DNA of 64,000 nt from Tagaea sp. (GCA_965279525.1 CBDIIB010000005.1:1600001-1664000); one strand, 5' to 3'; positions 10,295 to 21,374 are shown, counted from the stretch's first letter. Notes: generated by a model not told the origin, from the letters alone. Numbers and translations are program-made.

Positions 10295-10339
10295 ATACAG
10301 GCGGGAATCTGGATTTATTTACAGATGTTTAGCGTCGGC

Positions 10340-11155
10340 TCAGGCGCGCAGCTTGTAGCCGGTCCTGAACATCCAGTAGCACAACGCGCCGAGGCCCGCG
10401 TTCGCGACCAGCAAGATGGCGGCCCCGATCCACGGGTGTGCATCGGCATGCCCGATGAAGCCGAAGCGGAATCCGTCGATCATGTAGAAGAACGGATTGA
10501 CCAGCGCCATCAGGTGCCAGGGCTCGGGCAGTCGGTCGACGGTATAAAAAGTACCCGACAGGAACGCGAGCGGCGTGACGATGAAGTTGGTCACCGCCGC
10601 GATGTGGTCGAATTTCTCCGACCACACGCCGCCGGCGACGCCGAGCAGCGACAGCAGGGCCGACGCCATCACGCCGTTGAACACGATCCAGCCCAGACTG
10701 TGGACGTGGAGCGAAACGAACGGGGCAAGGCACGCGGCCGTCACGCCGCCGACCACGATGCCGCGCACGATGCCGCCGGCCGCGAAACCGACCACGAGTT
10801 CGCCCGGCGACAAGGGCGGCATCAGCGAGTCGACGATGTTGCCCTGGACCTTGGCGATGACCAGCGAACTCGACGTGTTGGCGAAAGCATTCTGCGTCAT
10901 CGCCATCATGATGAGGCCGGGTGCCAGGAACTCGGCGAACGAAAGCCCGCTTCCGCTGCCCGAAGCCGCAGCCGGCCCCAACGCGAGCACGAAAACGGCG
11001 AGGAACAGCAGCGTCGTGACGACGGGGGCCGCGATCGTCTGGGTGTGGACCTTGGTGAAGCGGCGGACCTCGCGCATCACGAGCGTATAGAGGCCGAGCC
11101 AGTTGACGGCGCCATAGCGGCGCGGCGGGGCGGGGGAGCGGGCGAGGTCATTCAT
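10340..11155 (-). CDS. ABC-2 type exporter permease (YadH-like)
   Basis: REVRRF...QTIAAP, FLAPGLIMM, FLSGTFY, NPFFYMIDGFRFGF and GYKLR. Confidence 0.9.
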   Translation of the reverse strand: MNDLARSPAPPRRYGAVNWLGLYTLVMREVRRFTKVHTQTIAAPVVTTLLFLAVFVLALGPAAASGSGSGLSFAEFLAPGLIMMAMTQNAFANTSSSLVIAKVQGNIVDSLMPPLSPGELVVGFAAGGIVRGIVVGGVTAACLAPFVSLHVHSLGWIVFNGVMASALLSLLGVAGGVWSEKFDHIAAVTNFIVTPLAFLSGTFYTVDRLPEPWHLMALVNPFFYMIDGFRFGFIGHADAHPWIGAAILLVANAGLGALCYWMFRTGYKLRA

Positions 11156-11206
11156 GGGCGAGGCACCATAGAGGGCGCGCCTCGGCCTCGCAATTGCCGG
11201 CTTGGC

Positions 11207-11773
11207 ATGGCAAGTAGGCGTCGCATGCCGCCCCGCAAGCCGCCAAAGCCCCCGACACGCGAACGTCTCGAGAAGTCGGCCATCCACTATCTGGAGCGCT
11301 ACGCCGCTTCGGCAGACGGCCTGCGCCGCGTGCTGATGCGCAAGGTCGAGCGCGCCGCGCGCGAGGGGCTCGCCGACCGCGCGCAGGGAGCCGCGGACGT
11401 GGCCGCGGTCGTGGCGAAGCTCGTGGCCAACCGCCTGCTCGACGACGCGCGTTTTGCCGAAGGGCGTGCGGCCAGCCTCGCGCGCCGGGGACTGCCGCGC
11501 GGGCGCGTCGCCCAGCGCCTGAAAGTCCTGGGAGTCGAGGCCGAGGACATCGAGCGGGCGCTTGGCAGTCTCGACGAGGCGGGCGAGAACGATCTCAAGG
11601 CGGCCATCGTCTTCGCCCGGCGCAAGCGGCTTGGCCCCTTCGCCGATCCTGCCCGGCGCGAGGCCGCGCGCATGAAGCATCTCGCCGCGATGGCGCGGGC
11701 CGGATTCTCGGGCGAGCTCGCGCGCCGCGTCGTTGACGCCGCCGATCCTGCCGCCCTCGCCGACGAAGAATAG
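11207..11773 (+). CDS. recX: RecX family regulatory protein
   Basis: AIHYLERYAAS, LLDDARFAE, FARRKRLGPF and MARAGFS. An alternative start lies at 11225. Confidence 0.85.
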   Translation: MASRRRMPPRKPPKPPTRERLEKSAIHYLERYAASADGLRRVLMRKVERAAREGLADRAQGAADVAAVVAKLVANRLLDDARFAEGRAASLARRGLPRGRVAQRLKVLGVEAEDIERALGSLDEAGENDLKAAIVFARRKRLGPFADPARREAARMKHLAAMARAGFSGELARRVVDAADPAALADEE

Positions 11774-11820
11774 TTGCGCGTCACCGTCCCGCCCCGATCC
11801 CCCAAGAACGGAATCACGCC

Positions 11821-12348
11821 ATGCTCAAGACAATCCTGATCGTCATCGCGGTCGCCGTCGCGGCGATCCTCGCCTTCGCCGCATCCCGGCCCGACCATTT
11901 CCGCGTCGCGCGCTCGATCCGTATTGCGGCACCACCGCAGGCAATCCACGCGCTGATCGAGGATTTCCGCCAATGGCCCCGCTGGTCGCCGTACGAGAAC
12001 CGCGACCCCGACATGAAGCGCACGCTCGGCGCCGCGACAAAGGGCAAGGGCGCCGTTTACAGCTGGGAAGGGAACAACAATGTCGGCGCCGGCCGGATGG
12101 AGATCCTCGAGGATTCGCTCGCGAAGGTCGTCATCAAGCTCGACTTCCTGCGCCCGTTCGAAGCACACAATGTCGCCGAGTTCTCGATCGTGCCCGTCGG
12201 AGAAGCCGTCGACGTGACATGGGCGATGTCCGGGCCATCCCCCTTCATCAGCAAGCTGATGGGTCTTGTCTTCAGCATGGACAGGATGGTCGGCGGGGAT
12301 TTCGAGACGGGTCTCTCGAACCTGAAATCCGAAGCCGAGAAGAAGTAG
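11821..12348 (+). CDS. SRPBCC (polyketide cyclase/dehydrase-like) family protein
   Basis: N-terminal TM anchor; RSIRIAAP, WSPY...DP, GAVYSWEG and GGDFETGLSNLK. Confidence 0.88.
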   Translation: MLKTILIVIAVAVAAILAFAASRPDHFRVARSIRIAAPPQAIHALIEDFRQWPRWSPYENRDPDMKRTLGAATKGKGAVYSWEGNNNVGAGRMEILEDSLAKVVIKLDFLRPFEAHNVAEFSIVPVGEAVDVTWAMSGPSPFISKLMGLVFSMDRMVGGDFETGLSNLKSEAEKK

Positions 12349-12398
12349 CCACCGGCCGCTCGCGTGGAAATCCTCCAATCGGCATGTTAGTTTTGCAC

Positions 12399-12959
12399 AT
12401 GATCGAACCGGCAATCCCGCGGAACGAAGCCAACCGGCTGGAGGCGCTCAGGGCGCTCGGCCTGCTCGACTCGCTGCCCGAGAAGGCGTTCGACGACGTC
12501 GTGGCGCTGACGCGCGTGGTGCTCGATGTTCCGACGGCGTTGATCTCGCTGATCGACTCCGACCGCCAGTGGTTCAAGGCGGCGGCCGGTCTTGACGCGC
12601 ACGAAACGCCGCGCTCGCTGTCATTCTGCGGCCATGCCATCCACCAGCCGGACGTCTTCGTCGTGCCGGACGCGACGGTCGATCCGCGCTTCCACGACAA
12701 TCCGCTCGTGGTCGGCGAGCCGCATATACGCTTTTATGCCGGCTTTCCCCTGACGCTTCCCAGCGGATACCGGATCGGCACGCTGTGCGCGCTCTCGCCC
12801 GTGCCGCGCGACGAGCTCGACGCGGAGGGCAAGGCCAAGCTGCGATTGCTCGGCGCCGTGGCGCTTGACGCCATCGAGCTTCGATCCGCGCGCTCCGAAC
12901 TGGCGCGACTACGGAGCGCGCTGGACAGCCACACCGCGACGCGCTCGGCCGGGAGCTAG
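12399..12959 (+). CDS. Stand-alone GAF domain protein
   Basis: EANRLEALR...LDS, ISLIDSDRQWFK, SFCGHAI, DPRFHDNPLV, IRFYAGFPL and IGTLC. Confidence 0.88.
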   Translation: MIEPAIPRNEANRLEALRALGLLDSLPEKAFDDVVALTRVVLDVPTALISLIDSDRQWFKAAAGLDAHETPRSLSFCGHAIHQPDVFVVPDATVDPRFHDNPLVVGEPHIRFYAGFPLTLPSGYRIGTLCALSPVPRDELDAEGKAKLRLLGAVALDAIELRSARSELARLRSALDSHTATRSAGS

Positions 12960-12965
12960 GCGACC

Positions 12966-13466
12966 ATGCGGCGGACCTTCGATGTCCATGTCGACGGGCT
13001 GGACGAGCCGATGCTGATCATCGCCAATCCGAACGAAGTCGATCTCATCGACATGCGCGAGCGCATCGCGCTGAAATCGTGGCGCAAGGCCGCTTTCGCG
13101 AAGGGCCGGCTGCCGACGATCGGCGAACTCGGCGTGGACATGATGACCGATCTCGAGCCGAACCTGATGGAGCTCGAAGTGCTGCCGGATGGTGACATGC
13201 TCTATCGCAGGTACGGTGCTTCGATCACCCGGGCCTTCGGCAAGGACATGACCGGCCGGCGGACGAGCGAACTCCCCACGGCGGTGGCCAAGGTCTTTCT
13301 CAGCGTCTATCGGCTGGCGATAAAGCAACCCGTCCCTTATTCGACGCGGCACCGTCCGCCGGGCGACATCAGGGTCGCGCACTGGCACCGGTTGATCCTG
13401 CCCATGGGGGACGCGAGTTCCGGCAAGGTCGGCGAATTCGTCGTCTGCATCGTGCCGATCGGCTAG
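12966..13466 (+). CDS. PAS-domain (PAS_5-like) protein
   Basis: W...GRLP, YRRYGASI...GKDMTGRR and HRLILP pattern of stand-alone alphaproteobacterial PAS proteins. Confidence 0.65.
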   Translation: MRRTFDVHVDGLDEPMLIIANPNEVDLIDMRERIALKSWRKAAFAKGRLPTIGELGVDMMTDLEPNLMELEVLPDGDMLYRRYGASITRAFGKDMTGRRTSELPTAVAKVFLSVYRLAIKQPVPYSTRHRPPGDIRVAHWHRLILPMGDASSGKVGEFVVCIVPIG

Positions 13467-15601
13467 CCCTTATCCCAGGCGAGCTTGAGTCCGACGGCGG
13501 CGAAGTCGCTGCGGATGCGCTCGTCGAAGGCGCGGCGCACGCGCCACTGCTTTCCCGGCAGGGTCTTGACGCGCGCCTTCAGCGTCTGGCCGACATCCGA
13601 GAATGCCGCGAGCCCGAGATCCTCATATTCACCGATCACCAGATCGGCGATCGCGGGATCGGCGGCAATGGCGTCGAACGCGCCGCGCATCGCGCGTGCG
13701 GCAGCGGCCGGGTCGGCCGAATAGCCGACCGCAGCCTCGAAGGTCGCATAGGCGAAATCCTTCGTCTGGTTCGAGATGATCGTCAGCGTGCCGAACGGGA
13801 TCGTGTGCAGCGTGCCGTCGGCCGAGCGCAGCTTGATCGCGCGCAGGCCGAGCGCTTCGACCGTGCCCGCCTTGTCGCCGAGCTGCACCACGTCGCCGAC
13901 CGCGAGCACGTCTTCGAGGATCATCGACACGCCGGTGATGAGGTCGCGCACCATGTTCTGGGCGCCGAGGCCGACGGCAAGGCCGAGCACGCCGGCACCG
14001 GCAAGCAGCGGCGTCACGTTGACGCCGATCTCGTTGAGCGTGACGAGCAGGACGAAGACCGTGAGGATAAGGAAGAGCGCCCGCTGCATCAGCGGCAGGA
14101 GCGTGCGCACGCGCGCGGACGTCCGCTCGGTCGGCGCCTCGTGCTCGCCCTTGCGCACGAGATAGCGCTCGAGGCCGGCGTTCGCGAACTCCCAGATCGC
14201 CAGCGCCATGATCACCGCGAAGGCGATGGCGAACAGGCCGCCGGCAACGCGCTGGCCCGTCGGCGTCGCGGCATATTCGAGCGTGCGGATGCCCCAGGCC
14301 TGCATGATCGCCAGCAGGGCAAGGCCGCTGATCGCCAGCACGATCAGCCGGCGTCCGGCACTGACATAGCGGTTGGCGCGGGTTTCGAGCGCGGGGAAAC
14401 GCTCGCGGAACTCGGGCGCGATGACGAAGGCGCGGTCGATCCCGTAGCCCGCCAGCAGCACGGCGGCACGCGCGATCCCCGCGATCACGACCGTCAGCAC
14501 GCTCGCCTGCACGATGAAGGCGAAGCCTTCGGGCCGGATGAGCCATGCGAACAGCGCCACGATGATGTAGGCGAGGGCAGCGACGTGCCAGTATTTGGCA
14601 AGACCCGGCCCCATGAAGCCCGCACGTCCGCGCGCGATCCAGCCTTCGCCGCTTGATGAGCGCATCAGAGCCTCGGCGACGGATTGGCGGTTCTGCAGGA
14701 CGACCGCGACGAACATCATCGCGACCACGACGCCGAGCAGCTTGACGGTGAAATTGTACGCCGCCTCCGGCATGCCGAGCAGGAGGGCCGCCTCGGCGGC
14801 GAAGTACCAGTAGACCGCGATGTTCGTCACGCGCCGGATCCACAGGAAGATGTAGACGGACGTCTCGTCATCCAGCGGCACGATGCGCCGGCCCGGATGG
14901 CGCGGGGCGAAGATCGTGTTGGCCACCAGCGCCACCGCGCGAGTCAGCAGGTTGGCATTGACGAACGAGATCGCCACGAGGCTTGCCGTACGGGTAGGCT
15001 GGACGACCCCCAGTGTCCCGATGGCGACCGCCGCGAAGATCGCGATCGGAACGATGCCGACGACGGCGTCGGCCGCGATCGGGAACGCGCGCCGCCACCC
15101 CGGTTCCACCGCCCGCGCTTCAAGGCGCTTGCGCAGCGGCCCGAGCGCCAGGAGCGCCAGCCGTTCCGCGATCCAGCCGGCCGCCAGCACCGCGACGAGC
15201 TTCCAGAGGATCTCGATCAGCCTGTCGCGGTTGCGCGTATCGTCGATCTGGCTGTCGAACCACGACATGAATTTGGGCGCATCGGCGACGAAAGCGGCGG
15301 CCCGCAGCACGGCCTTGGTCACGTCCTCGACCTGGTCGGAAAGCTGCTCGGCAAACGTGTTGGCCACGCGCGCGATCTGCTCGACGGGCGCGTCGACGGG
15401 GGCTGCGAGAGCCGGGACCTGGCCCGAACGCTGGATCTGCACGAGCGTGCGCAGCTGTTCGAGCAACTCGCCGCGGCTCGCGTCGTTCTCGATCGTCTGG
15501 ATCAGCTTCTCGATCTCGTCGGGCGAGGGCGTGTTCTGGGCCGTCGCCGGGACGGTCGCGAAGATGGCCACCAGCAAGAGGAGCGTGCGCAGGAGCGTCA
15601 T
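13463..15601 (-). CDS. MscS-family mechanosensitive channel with a large N-terminal periplasmic/TM region (YbiO-like)
   Basis: Signal peptide, many TM helices, LLAGAGVLGLAVGLGAQNMVRDLITG and GDVV...GTVE. Confidence 0.9.
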   Translation of the reverse strand: MTLLRTLLLLVAIFATVPATAQNTPSPDEIEKLIQTIENDASRGELLEQLRTLVQIQRSGQVPALAAPVDAPVEQIARVANTFAEQLSDQVEDVTKAVLRAAAFVADAPKFMSWFDSQIDDTRNRDRLIEILWKLVAVLAAGWIAERLALLALGPLRKRLEARAVEPGWRRAFPIAADAVVGIVPIAIFAAVAIGTLGVVQPTRTASLVAISFVNANLLTRAVALVANTIFAPRHPGRRIVPLDDETSVYIFLWIRRVTNIAVYWYFAAEAALLLGMPEAAYNFTVKLLGVVVAMMFVAVVLQNRQSVAEALMRSSSGEGWIARGRAGFMGPGLAKYWHVAALAYIIVALFAWLIRPEGFAFIVQASVLTVVIAGIARAAVLLAGYGIDRAFVIAPEFRERFPALETRANRYVSAGRRLIVLAISGLALLAIMQAWGIRTLEYAATPTGQRVAGGLFAIAFAVIMALAIWEFANAGLERYLVRKGEHEAPTERTSARVRTLLPLMQRALFLILTVFVLLVTLNEIGVNVTPLLAGAGVLGLAVGLGAQNMVRDLITGVSMILEDVLAVGDVVQLGDKAGTVEALGLRAIKLRSADGTLHTIPFGTLTIISNQTKDFAYATFEAAVGYSADPAAAARAMRGAFDAIAADPAIADLVIGEYEDLGLAAFSDVGQTLKARVKTLPGKQWRVRRAFDERIRSDFAAVGLKLAWDKG

Positions 15602-16542
15602 CGTTTTTCGTGCATCCGTTCGAAGTCGACGTAGCCGTCGTCGCGATGGCCGTAGTCGCAGAGCTCTGGATGCAGGATTTCGGCGAGGATTTCCAGCGAT
15701 TCGACCAGACGAGGACCGGGCCGGTTGAAGTAGCGGTTGCCGTCGGCGATGAAGATGCGCGCTTGCAGCGCCCGCCACCAGGGCCGGTCGGCCAGTGCGG
15801 CAATTTCCGTGCGCGTGCGCGCGATGTCGAAGCCGCAAGGCACGACGAGCACGATGTCGGGTGCCGCAGCGACAAGCGCTTCGGGATCGAGCCACGGCGA
15901 ATGCGCGCCGGCTTCGCCGAACAGGTTCTCCCCGCCGGCCATCGCGACGAGTTCGGGCATCCAGTTGCCGCCCGCCATCGGCGGATCGAGCCATTCCAAC
16001 GTCGCGACCCGTGGACGCGCGTTCGATGCAGCACAACGTGCCGCGATATCGTCCATCTGGCGGCGCATCTGGGCAACGAGCGATGCGCCGGCTTCCGTCC
16101 GGTCGAGGGCGCTCGCCACGCGGCCGATGTCGGCCAGCACGTCGGCCAGCGTAGCGGGATTGAGGGCAAGGATCTGCGGCCGTGTGCCTGTCCAGGTCGC
16201 GAGTGCCGCTTCGACATCGGCCGGGCTCACGGCGCAGACCTCGCACAGCGTCTGCGTCACGACCAGATCGGGCCGGACCTCGCGCAGTGCTGCCGCATCG
16301 ACCCGGTAGATCGAAAGGGCGGCTTCAAGGCAGGCGCGGACATCGGCTTCGATGGCGGCCGACGGCCGGGCCGGGTCGATGCGCGGGGCGGAGATCGCCG
16401 GGAGGTCGCGGACCGCGGCGGGGAAGTCGCATTCGTGGCTGCGCGCGACGAGTTCGCCGGCAGCACCCAGCGCAGAGACGATCTCGGTCGCCGACGGAAG
16501 CAGGGAAACCACGCGCCGCATGGCTTGCGCCGGCCTTGTCAT
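15598..16542 (-). CDS. BtuF/Fe-siderophore binding-protein-like protein (usually annotated cobalamin-binding protein)
   Basis: RVVSLLPSATEIV, SHECDFP, LEWLDPP...GNW and FNRPGPRLVESLE. AAGGGAG RBS. Confidence 0.8.
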   Translation of the reverse strand: MTRPAQAMRRVVSLLPSATEIVSALGAAGELVARSHECDFPAAVRDLPAISAPRIDPARPSAAIEADVRACLEAALSIYRVDAAALREVRPDLVVTQTLCEVCAVSPADVEAALATWTGTRPQILALNPATLADVLADIGRVASALDRTEAGASLVAQMRRQMDDIAARCAASNARPRVATLEWLDPPMAGGNWMPELVAMAGGENLFGEAGAHSPWLDPEALVAAAPDIVLVVPCGFDIARTRTEIAALADRPWWRALQARIFIADGNRYFNRPGPRLVESLEILAEILHPELCDYGHRDDGYVDFERMHEKR

Positions 16543-16559
16543 CGTGCGATGTGCTCCCT

Positions 16560-16589
16560 TTGACAGCCGTGCGCTCTCCCGCTCATATA
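16560..16589 (+). promoter_or_regulatory. Putative promoter for the NitT/TauT ABC operon
   Basis: TTGACA followed 17-18 nt later by TCATAT/CATATA. Confidence 0.4.
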
Positions 16590-16651
16590 CACCCACAAAT
16601 CCCAAGGTGCCGCAAGGCACCGCCCAACCGTCTTCCACGAGGAACGCCGCC

Positions 16652-17683
16652 ATGATCCGTCTCACGCGCCGCGCCGCCCTTGCCGGGGCCGCCGGCATCC
16701 TTGCCGCTCCCTCGCTCGCGCGCGCTCAGGCGCTCACCAAGACCTCCGTGGGCGTGCTGCGCCTCTCGTCGTCGGGTCCGGTCTTCATCGCCGCCGAGCG
16801 CGGCTACTGGCGCGAGGCGGGGCTCGATGTCGAGCTCAAGTACTTCACCGCCGCCCAGCAGGTCCCCGTCGCGGTCACGTCGGGCGACGCGGATTTCGGC
16901 GTGACGGGCCTGACGGCCGCCTTCTTCAACCTTGCGGGCAAGGGTGCCCTCAAGATCGTCGCGGCGCAGAGCCGCGAGGCGAAGGGCTTCCCGCTCGTCG
17001 CCTACATGGCGACCAACGCCGCGATCGAGAAGGGCTTCCGGTCGGTCAAGGATTTCGCCGGCAAGCGCGTCGGCATCACGACTGCGGGATCGACCTTCCA
17101 TTATTCGCTCGGCCTGCTCGCGAAGAAATACGGCTTCGATCTTGCGAGCGTCACGCTCGTCCCGCTCCAGACGCTCCCCAACATGCAGGCCGCGTTCAAG
17201 GGTGGCCAGGTCGATGCGGTGCTCGCCCCGGTCACGCTGGCGCGCGCCCTAGAAGCCGACAAATCCGGCAAGATCCTCGCCTGGGTCGGCGACGAGACGC
17301 CCTGGCAGCTCGGCGCCCTGTTCACCAGCCCGCGCGCCATCGCCGAGCGGCGCGACGTGGTCGAGCGGTTCATCCGCGGCTACCTGCGCGGGGCGGACGA
17401 CTTCAATGCCGCTTTCAACCAGCGCGATGCCGCCGGAAACGAAGTGCGGGGCACGCGTTTCGCCGAGACGATCGGCGTGGTCGCGCGTGCGGTCCAGCAG
17501 GCACCCGAACTCGTCTCGATCGGCTTGCCGTTCGTCGACGGACAGGGTCGCCTCGATGTCGGCGACATCTACAACCAGATCTCGTTCTGGCAGCAGGCGG
17601 GCCTTGTCGCGCGCGACGTCAACGGCAAGGACATCGTCGATCTTTCCTTCGTGCGCGGGCACATGAACGTCCCCCGGAGCTGA
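16652..17683 (+). CDS. NitT/TauT/SsuA-family ABC substrate-binding protein, Tat signal
   Basis: LTRRAALAG signal; FIAAERGYW...GLDVEL and DFAGKRVG. Confidence 0.85.
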   Translation: MIRLTRRAALAGAAGILAAPSLARAQALTKTSVGVLRLSSSGPVFIAAERGYWREAGLDVELKYFTAAQQVPVAVTSGDADFGVTGLTAAFFNLAGKGALKIVAAQSREAKGFPLVAYMATNAAIEKGFRSVKDFAGKRVGITTAGSTFHYSLGLLAKKYGFDLASVTLVPLQTLPNMQAAFKGGQVDAVLAPVTLARALEADKSGKILAWVGDETPWQLGALFTSPRAIAERRDVVERFIRGYLRGADDFNAAFNQRDAAGNEVRGTRFAETIGVVARAVQQAPELVSIGLPFVDGQGRLDVGDIYNQISFWQQAGLVARDVNGKDIVDLSFVRGHMNVPRS

Positions 17684-17684
17684 C

Positions 17685-18450
<766 letters not shown>

Positions 18451-18458
<8 letters not shown>

Positions 18459-19239
18459 GCGTCGCCCGGTCGCGTTCCGCGGCGGCGGCTTCGCGCATGT
18501 GCCGGTCCGCGGTGCCGCGGCCGCCGCGTTCGTCGGGCTGCTGGCGCTGTGGGAGTTCTCGGTCGGGCGCGGCTACGTCTCGCCGATCTTCCTGCCTGCA
18601 CCCAGTGCCGTCCTTGCAGCTCTGGCCGACCTCTGGGAGGCCGGCACGCTGTGGCGGCATGTCTCGGAAAGTCTCGTGCGGCTGGCGGGCGGCTGGACGG
18701 TCGGCACGCTGGCGGGGCTCGCCGCCGGGTTCGCGATCGGCGTGTGGTCGCTCGGCCGTTCGGTCGGCGTGCCGTTCGTCTCCGCCCTGTTCCCGATCCC
18801 GAAGATCTCGCTGCTGCCGCTGCTGATCCTGTGGCTCGGCATCGGCGAAGCCTCGAAGGTCGCCACCATCGCGCTGGGCGTGTTCTTCCCGACGGCGATC
18901 GCGACCTATGCGGCCATCGATGCCGTGCCGCGCAACCTGATCCGGATGGCCCAGAGCTTCGACCTGCCGGCCGGCGACGTGCTGCGCAAGATCGTGCTGC
19001 CGGGTGCCTTGCCCGGGATCCTGGCGGGCTTCCGCATCAGCACGTCGATCGCCCTGATCCTGCTCGTTTCCGCCGAGATGATCGGTGCCCAGTACGGGAT
19101 CGGCGCCTTCATCCTGCAAGCCGGCAACCTGATGCTGACCGACCAGCTGCTGGCCGGGGTGCTGCTGATCTCGATTCTCGGACTCGTGGTCGGGACGGCC
19201 CTGACGCGGCTGGAAAAATGGCTGCTGCGCTGGCGCTGA
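18451..19239 (+). CDS. NitT/TauT ABC permease (SsuC/TauC-like)
   Basis: FLPAPS, PIPKISLLPL, LPGALP and AEMIG; overlaps the ATPase stop. Confidence 0.9.
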
Positions 19240-19331
19240 TCCGCCTTCATTCCGACGCCGTTTGAGAGTATCGAGGCGAAAGGTTCCCAGCGACTCGGGG
19301 GGAAGGGAACCGGAATCGAGACGTAACCCAG

Positions 19332-21374
19332 ATGATCGAAGTGGGAATCGTCGGGGGTGGACCCGGCGGCCTGATGGCGGCAAGACACTTCAAGGCGAAG
19401 TGCTCCGACCGCGTCCGCGTGACCGTTTTCGAGGCGACGGACCGGCTCGGCGGCAAGCTCCTGACCCGGAAGTTTCCCGCAAGCGGCATCGCCTACGATG
19501 CCGGCGTGGCGGAGATCTACGACTATTCAGCACTCGGCGACGATCCGCTGGCGATGTTGGTCGGCGAACTGGGGTTGACCAGCCGGCCGATCGATTCGGC
19601 CACGTTCGTCGTCGGCGGCCGCATCCTCGCCGGCATGGAGGCCGTCGGCCGCGAACTCGGCGGCGAGACGCGCCGCCAGATCGAGGATTTCCGCCGCCTC
19701 TGCGCCGAGACGATCTCGCCTTCGGAATACTATGACGGCCGCGGCGACAGTGCCGCGGCAAGGGTGCTCGGCCGGACGAACGGCCAGGACCTGCTCCATC
19801 GGCACGTGCGCGACGATGCGGCCAGGCGGTTCCTGCGCGCGGCCGTCCATAGCGACGTCGCGGCGGATCTCCACCAGACCAATGCCCTCAACGCGATGCG
19901 CAACGTGCTGATGGATGTCCACGGCTATATCGAGCTGCGCAAGGTCCATGGCGGCGCGCAAGGCATCGCCGATGCGCTGGCGAAGGACCTGACCGACCGG
20001 AAGGCGGCGGAGTTCGAATTCGGCATGCGCATCGCCCGGATCGGCCGCACGCAAGGCGGGCGCTATCGCGTGACGGCCGATGGTGCAGGCGGGCCGACGA
20101 CTCGCGAATTCGACGTGCTGGTCGTCGCGTTGCCGCTGAGCGCGCTTGCCCAGCTCGAATGGGAGGGCGACACGCTCGATGCGGCGATGGCCCGCCACAT
20201 CCGCCGTTTCGACCGGCCCGGCCATTATCTGCGGGTCAGCATCCTGTTCGACAAGCCTTTCTGGCGCGAGCGCATCGCGGACGATTGGTGGATCAGCGAC
20301 GCGTTCGGCGGCTGCTGCGTCTACGACGAAAGCGCACGCGGCGACTGCGGCGATGCCGGGGTGCTCGGCTGGTTGATCGCGGGCAATGCGGCCCTCGAGA
20401 TGGCCAATCTCGACGATGCGACGATCGTCGCGCGGGTCCTCGACAGCCTGCCGGCGGATATGAAGCCCGGCGCACGCATGCGCGAAGCGGGCGTCCATCG
20501 CTGGCTTTCGTCGGTCAACGCCGTGCCGGGCGGGGAACCGGAGCGCGACATCTTCACCAACCACGTGCCGGAGCCTTCGGCTCATCCGGCGCTCTATCTT
20601 GTCGGCGACTACCTGTTCGATTCGACGATCAATGCCGTGATCGATTCGGCCGACGCGGCAAGCGATCTGGCACTCGACGCGGTGGTACGCCTGCAGCCGC
20701 GCAAGAAGCCGCCGGCCCGGCGCATCGGTCGGGCGCATTTCGCGAACTATCGCGGGCTCGGCGACTACCCGGCCGTCTGGAACAGATTTCTCGATGCGCG
20801 CACGATCCGGAATCTCGCGCAGGCGGTCTGGGGCGCCGGCGACGGGTTCTCGATCCTCGATGCGGGCTCGGCATGCGGGCTGCTCGTCGGCGGGCTGCGC
20901 GACGAAGGGCTCGATGCGCGGGGCATCGAGAACAACCGGGACATCCATGCCCGGACGCCGACGGAACTTGCCGGTTTCAATCTTCTCGGCGACGTGCGCG
21001 ATCTGCCGTTCCCGGACGGACATTTTGACGTCGTCTACGAGACGTGTCTGGCACATGTTCCGGACAACTCGCTCGCCGACGCGATTGCCGAACTCCGGCG
21101 CGTGTCCCGGCACGGCGTGTTCTTCGGGTCGGTCACGGCCGAGCTCGCCCTCCATCATGCCGGCCGGTACGATCTGGTCGATGGCGTGCCGCGCCTGCGC
21201 GCGTGCTGGGAATGGTCCGACCATATGCGCGATGCGGGATTCATGCCTGCACTGGACGATCCGCAGCGGCTTGCCGCGGCGTGGCGGGATGTTCTGGCAG
21301 CCGGCTTCGGCCCCGACGCGTGGTTCGACGATGCCGACAGCCTGCGCCACTGCTTCTATTCGACGTCCGGCTAG
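19332..21374 (+). CDS. Flavin amine-oxidase-family oxidoreductase fused to a C-terminal class I SAM methyltransferase
   Basis: N-terminal GGGPGGL...FEATDRLGGK and LYLVGDY...INAVIDS. C-terminal ILDAGSACG, GDVRDLPFPDGHFDVV and ELRRV. Confidence 0.8.
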   Translation: MIEVGIVGGGPGGLMAARHFKAKCSDRVRVTVFEATDRLGGKLLTRKFPASGIAYDAGVAEIYDYSALGDDPLAMLVGELGLTSRPIDSATFVVGGRILAGMEAVGRELGGETRRQIEDFRRLCAETISPSEYYDGRGDSAAARVLGRTNGQDLLHRHVRDDAARRFLRAAVHSDVAADLHQTNALNAMRNVLMDVHGYIELRKVHGGAQGIADALAKDLTDRKAAEFEFGMRIARIGRTQGGRYRVTADGAGGPTTREFDVLVVALPLSALAQLEWEGDTLDAAMARHIRRFDRPGHYLRVSILFDKPFWRERIADDWWISDAFGGCCVYDESARGDCGDAGVLGWLIAGNAALEMANLDDATIVARVLDSLPADMKPGARMREAGVHRWLSSVNAVPGGEPERDIFTNHVPEPSAHPALYLVGDYLFDSTINAVIDSADAASDLALDAVVRLQPRKKPPARRIGRAHFANYRGLGDYPAVWNRFLDARTIRNLAQAVWGAGDGFSILDAGSACGLLVGGLRDEGLDARGIENNRDIHARTPTELAGFNLLGDVRDLPFPDGHFDVVYETCLAHVPDNSLADAIAELRRVSRHGVFFGSVTAELALHHAGRYDLVDGVPRLRACWEWSDHMRDAGFMPALDDPQRLAAAWRDVLAAGFGPDAWFDDADSLRHCFYSTSG

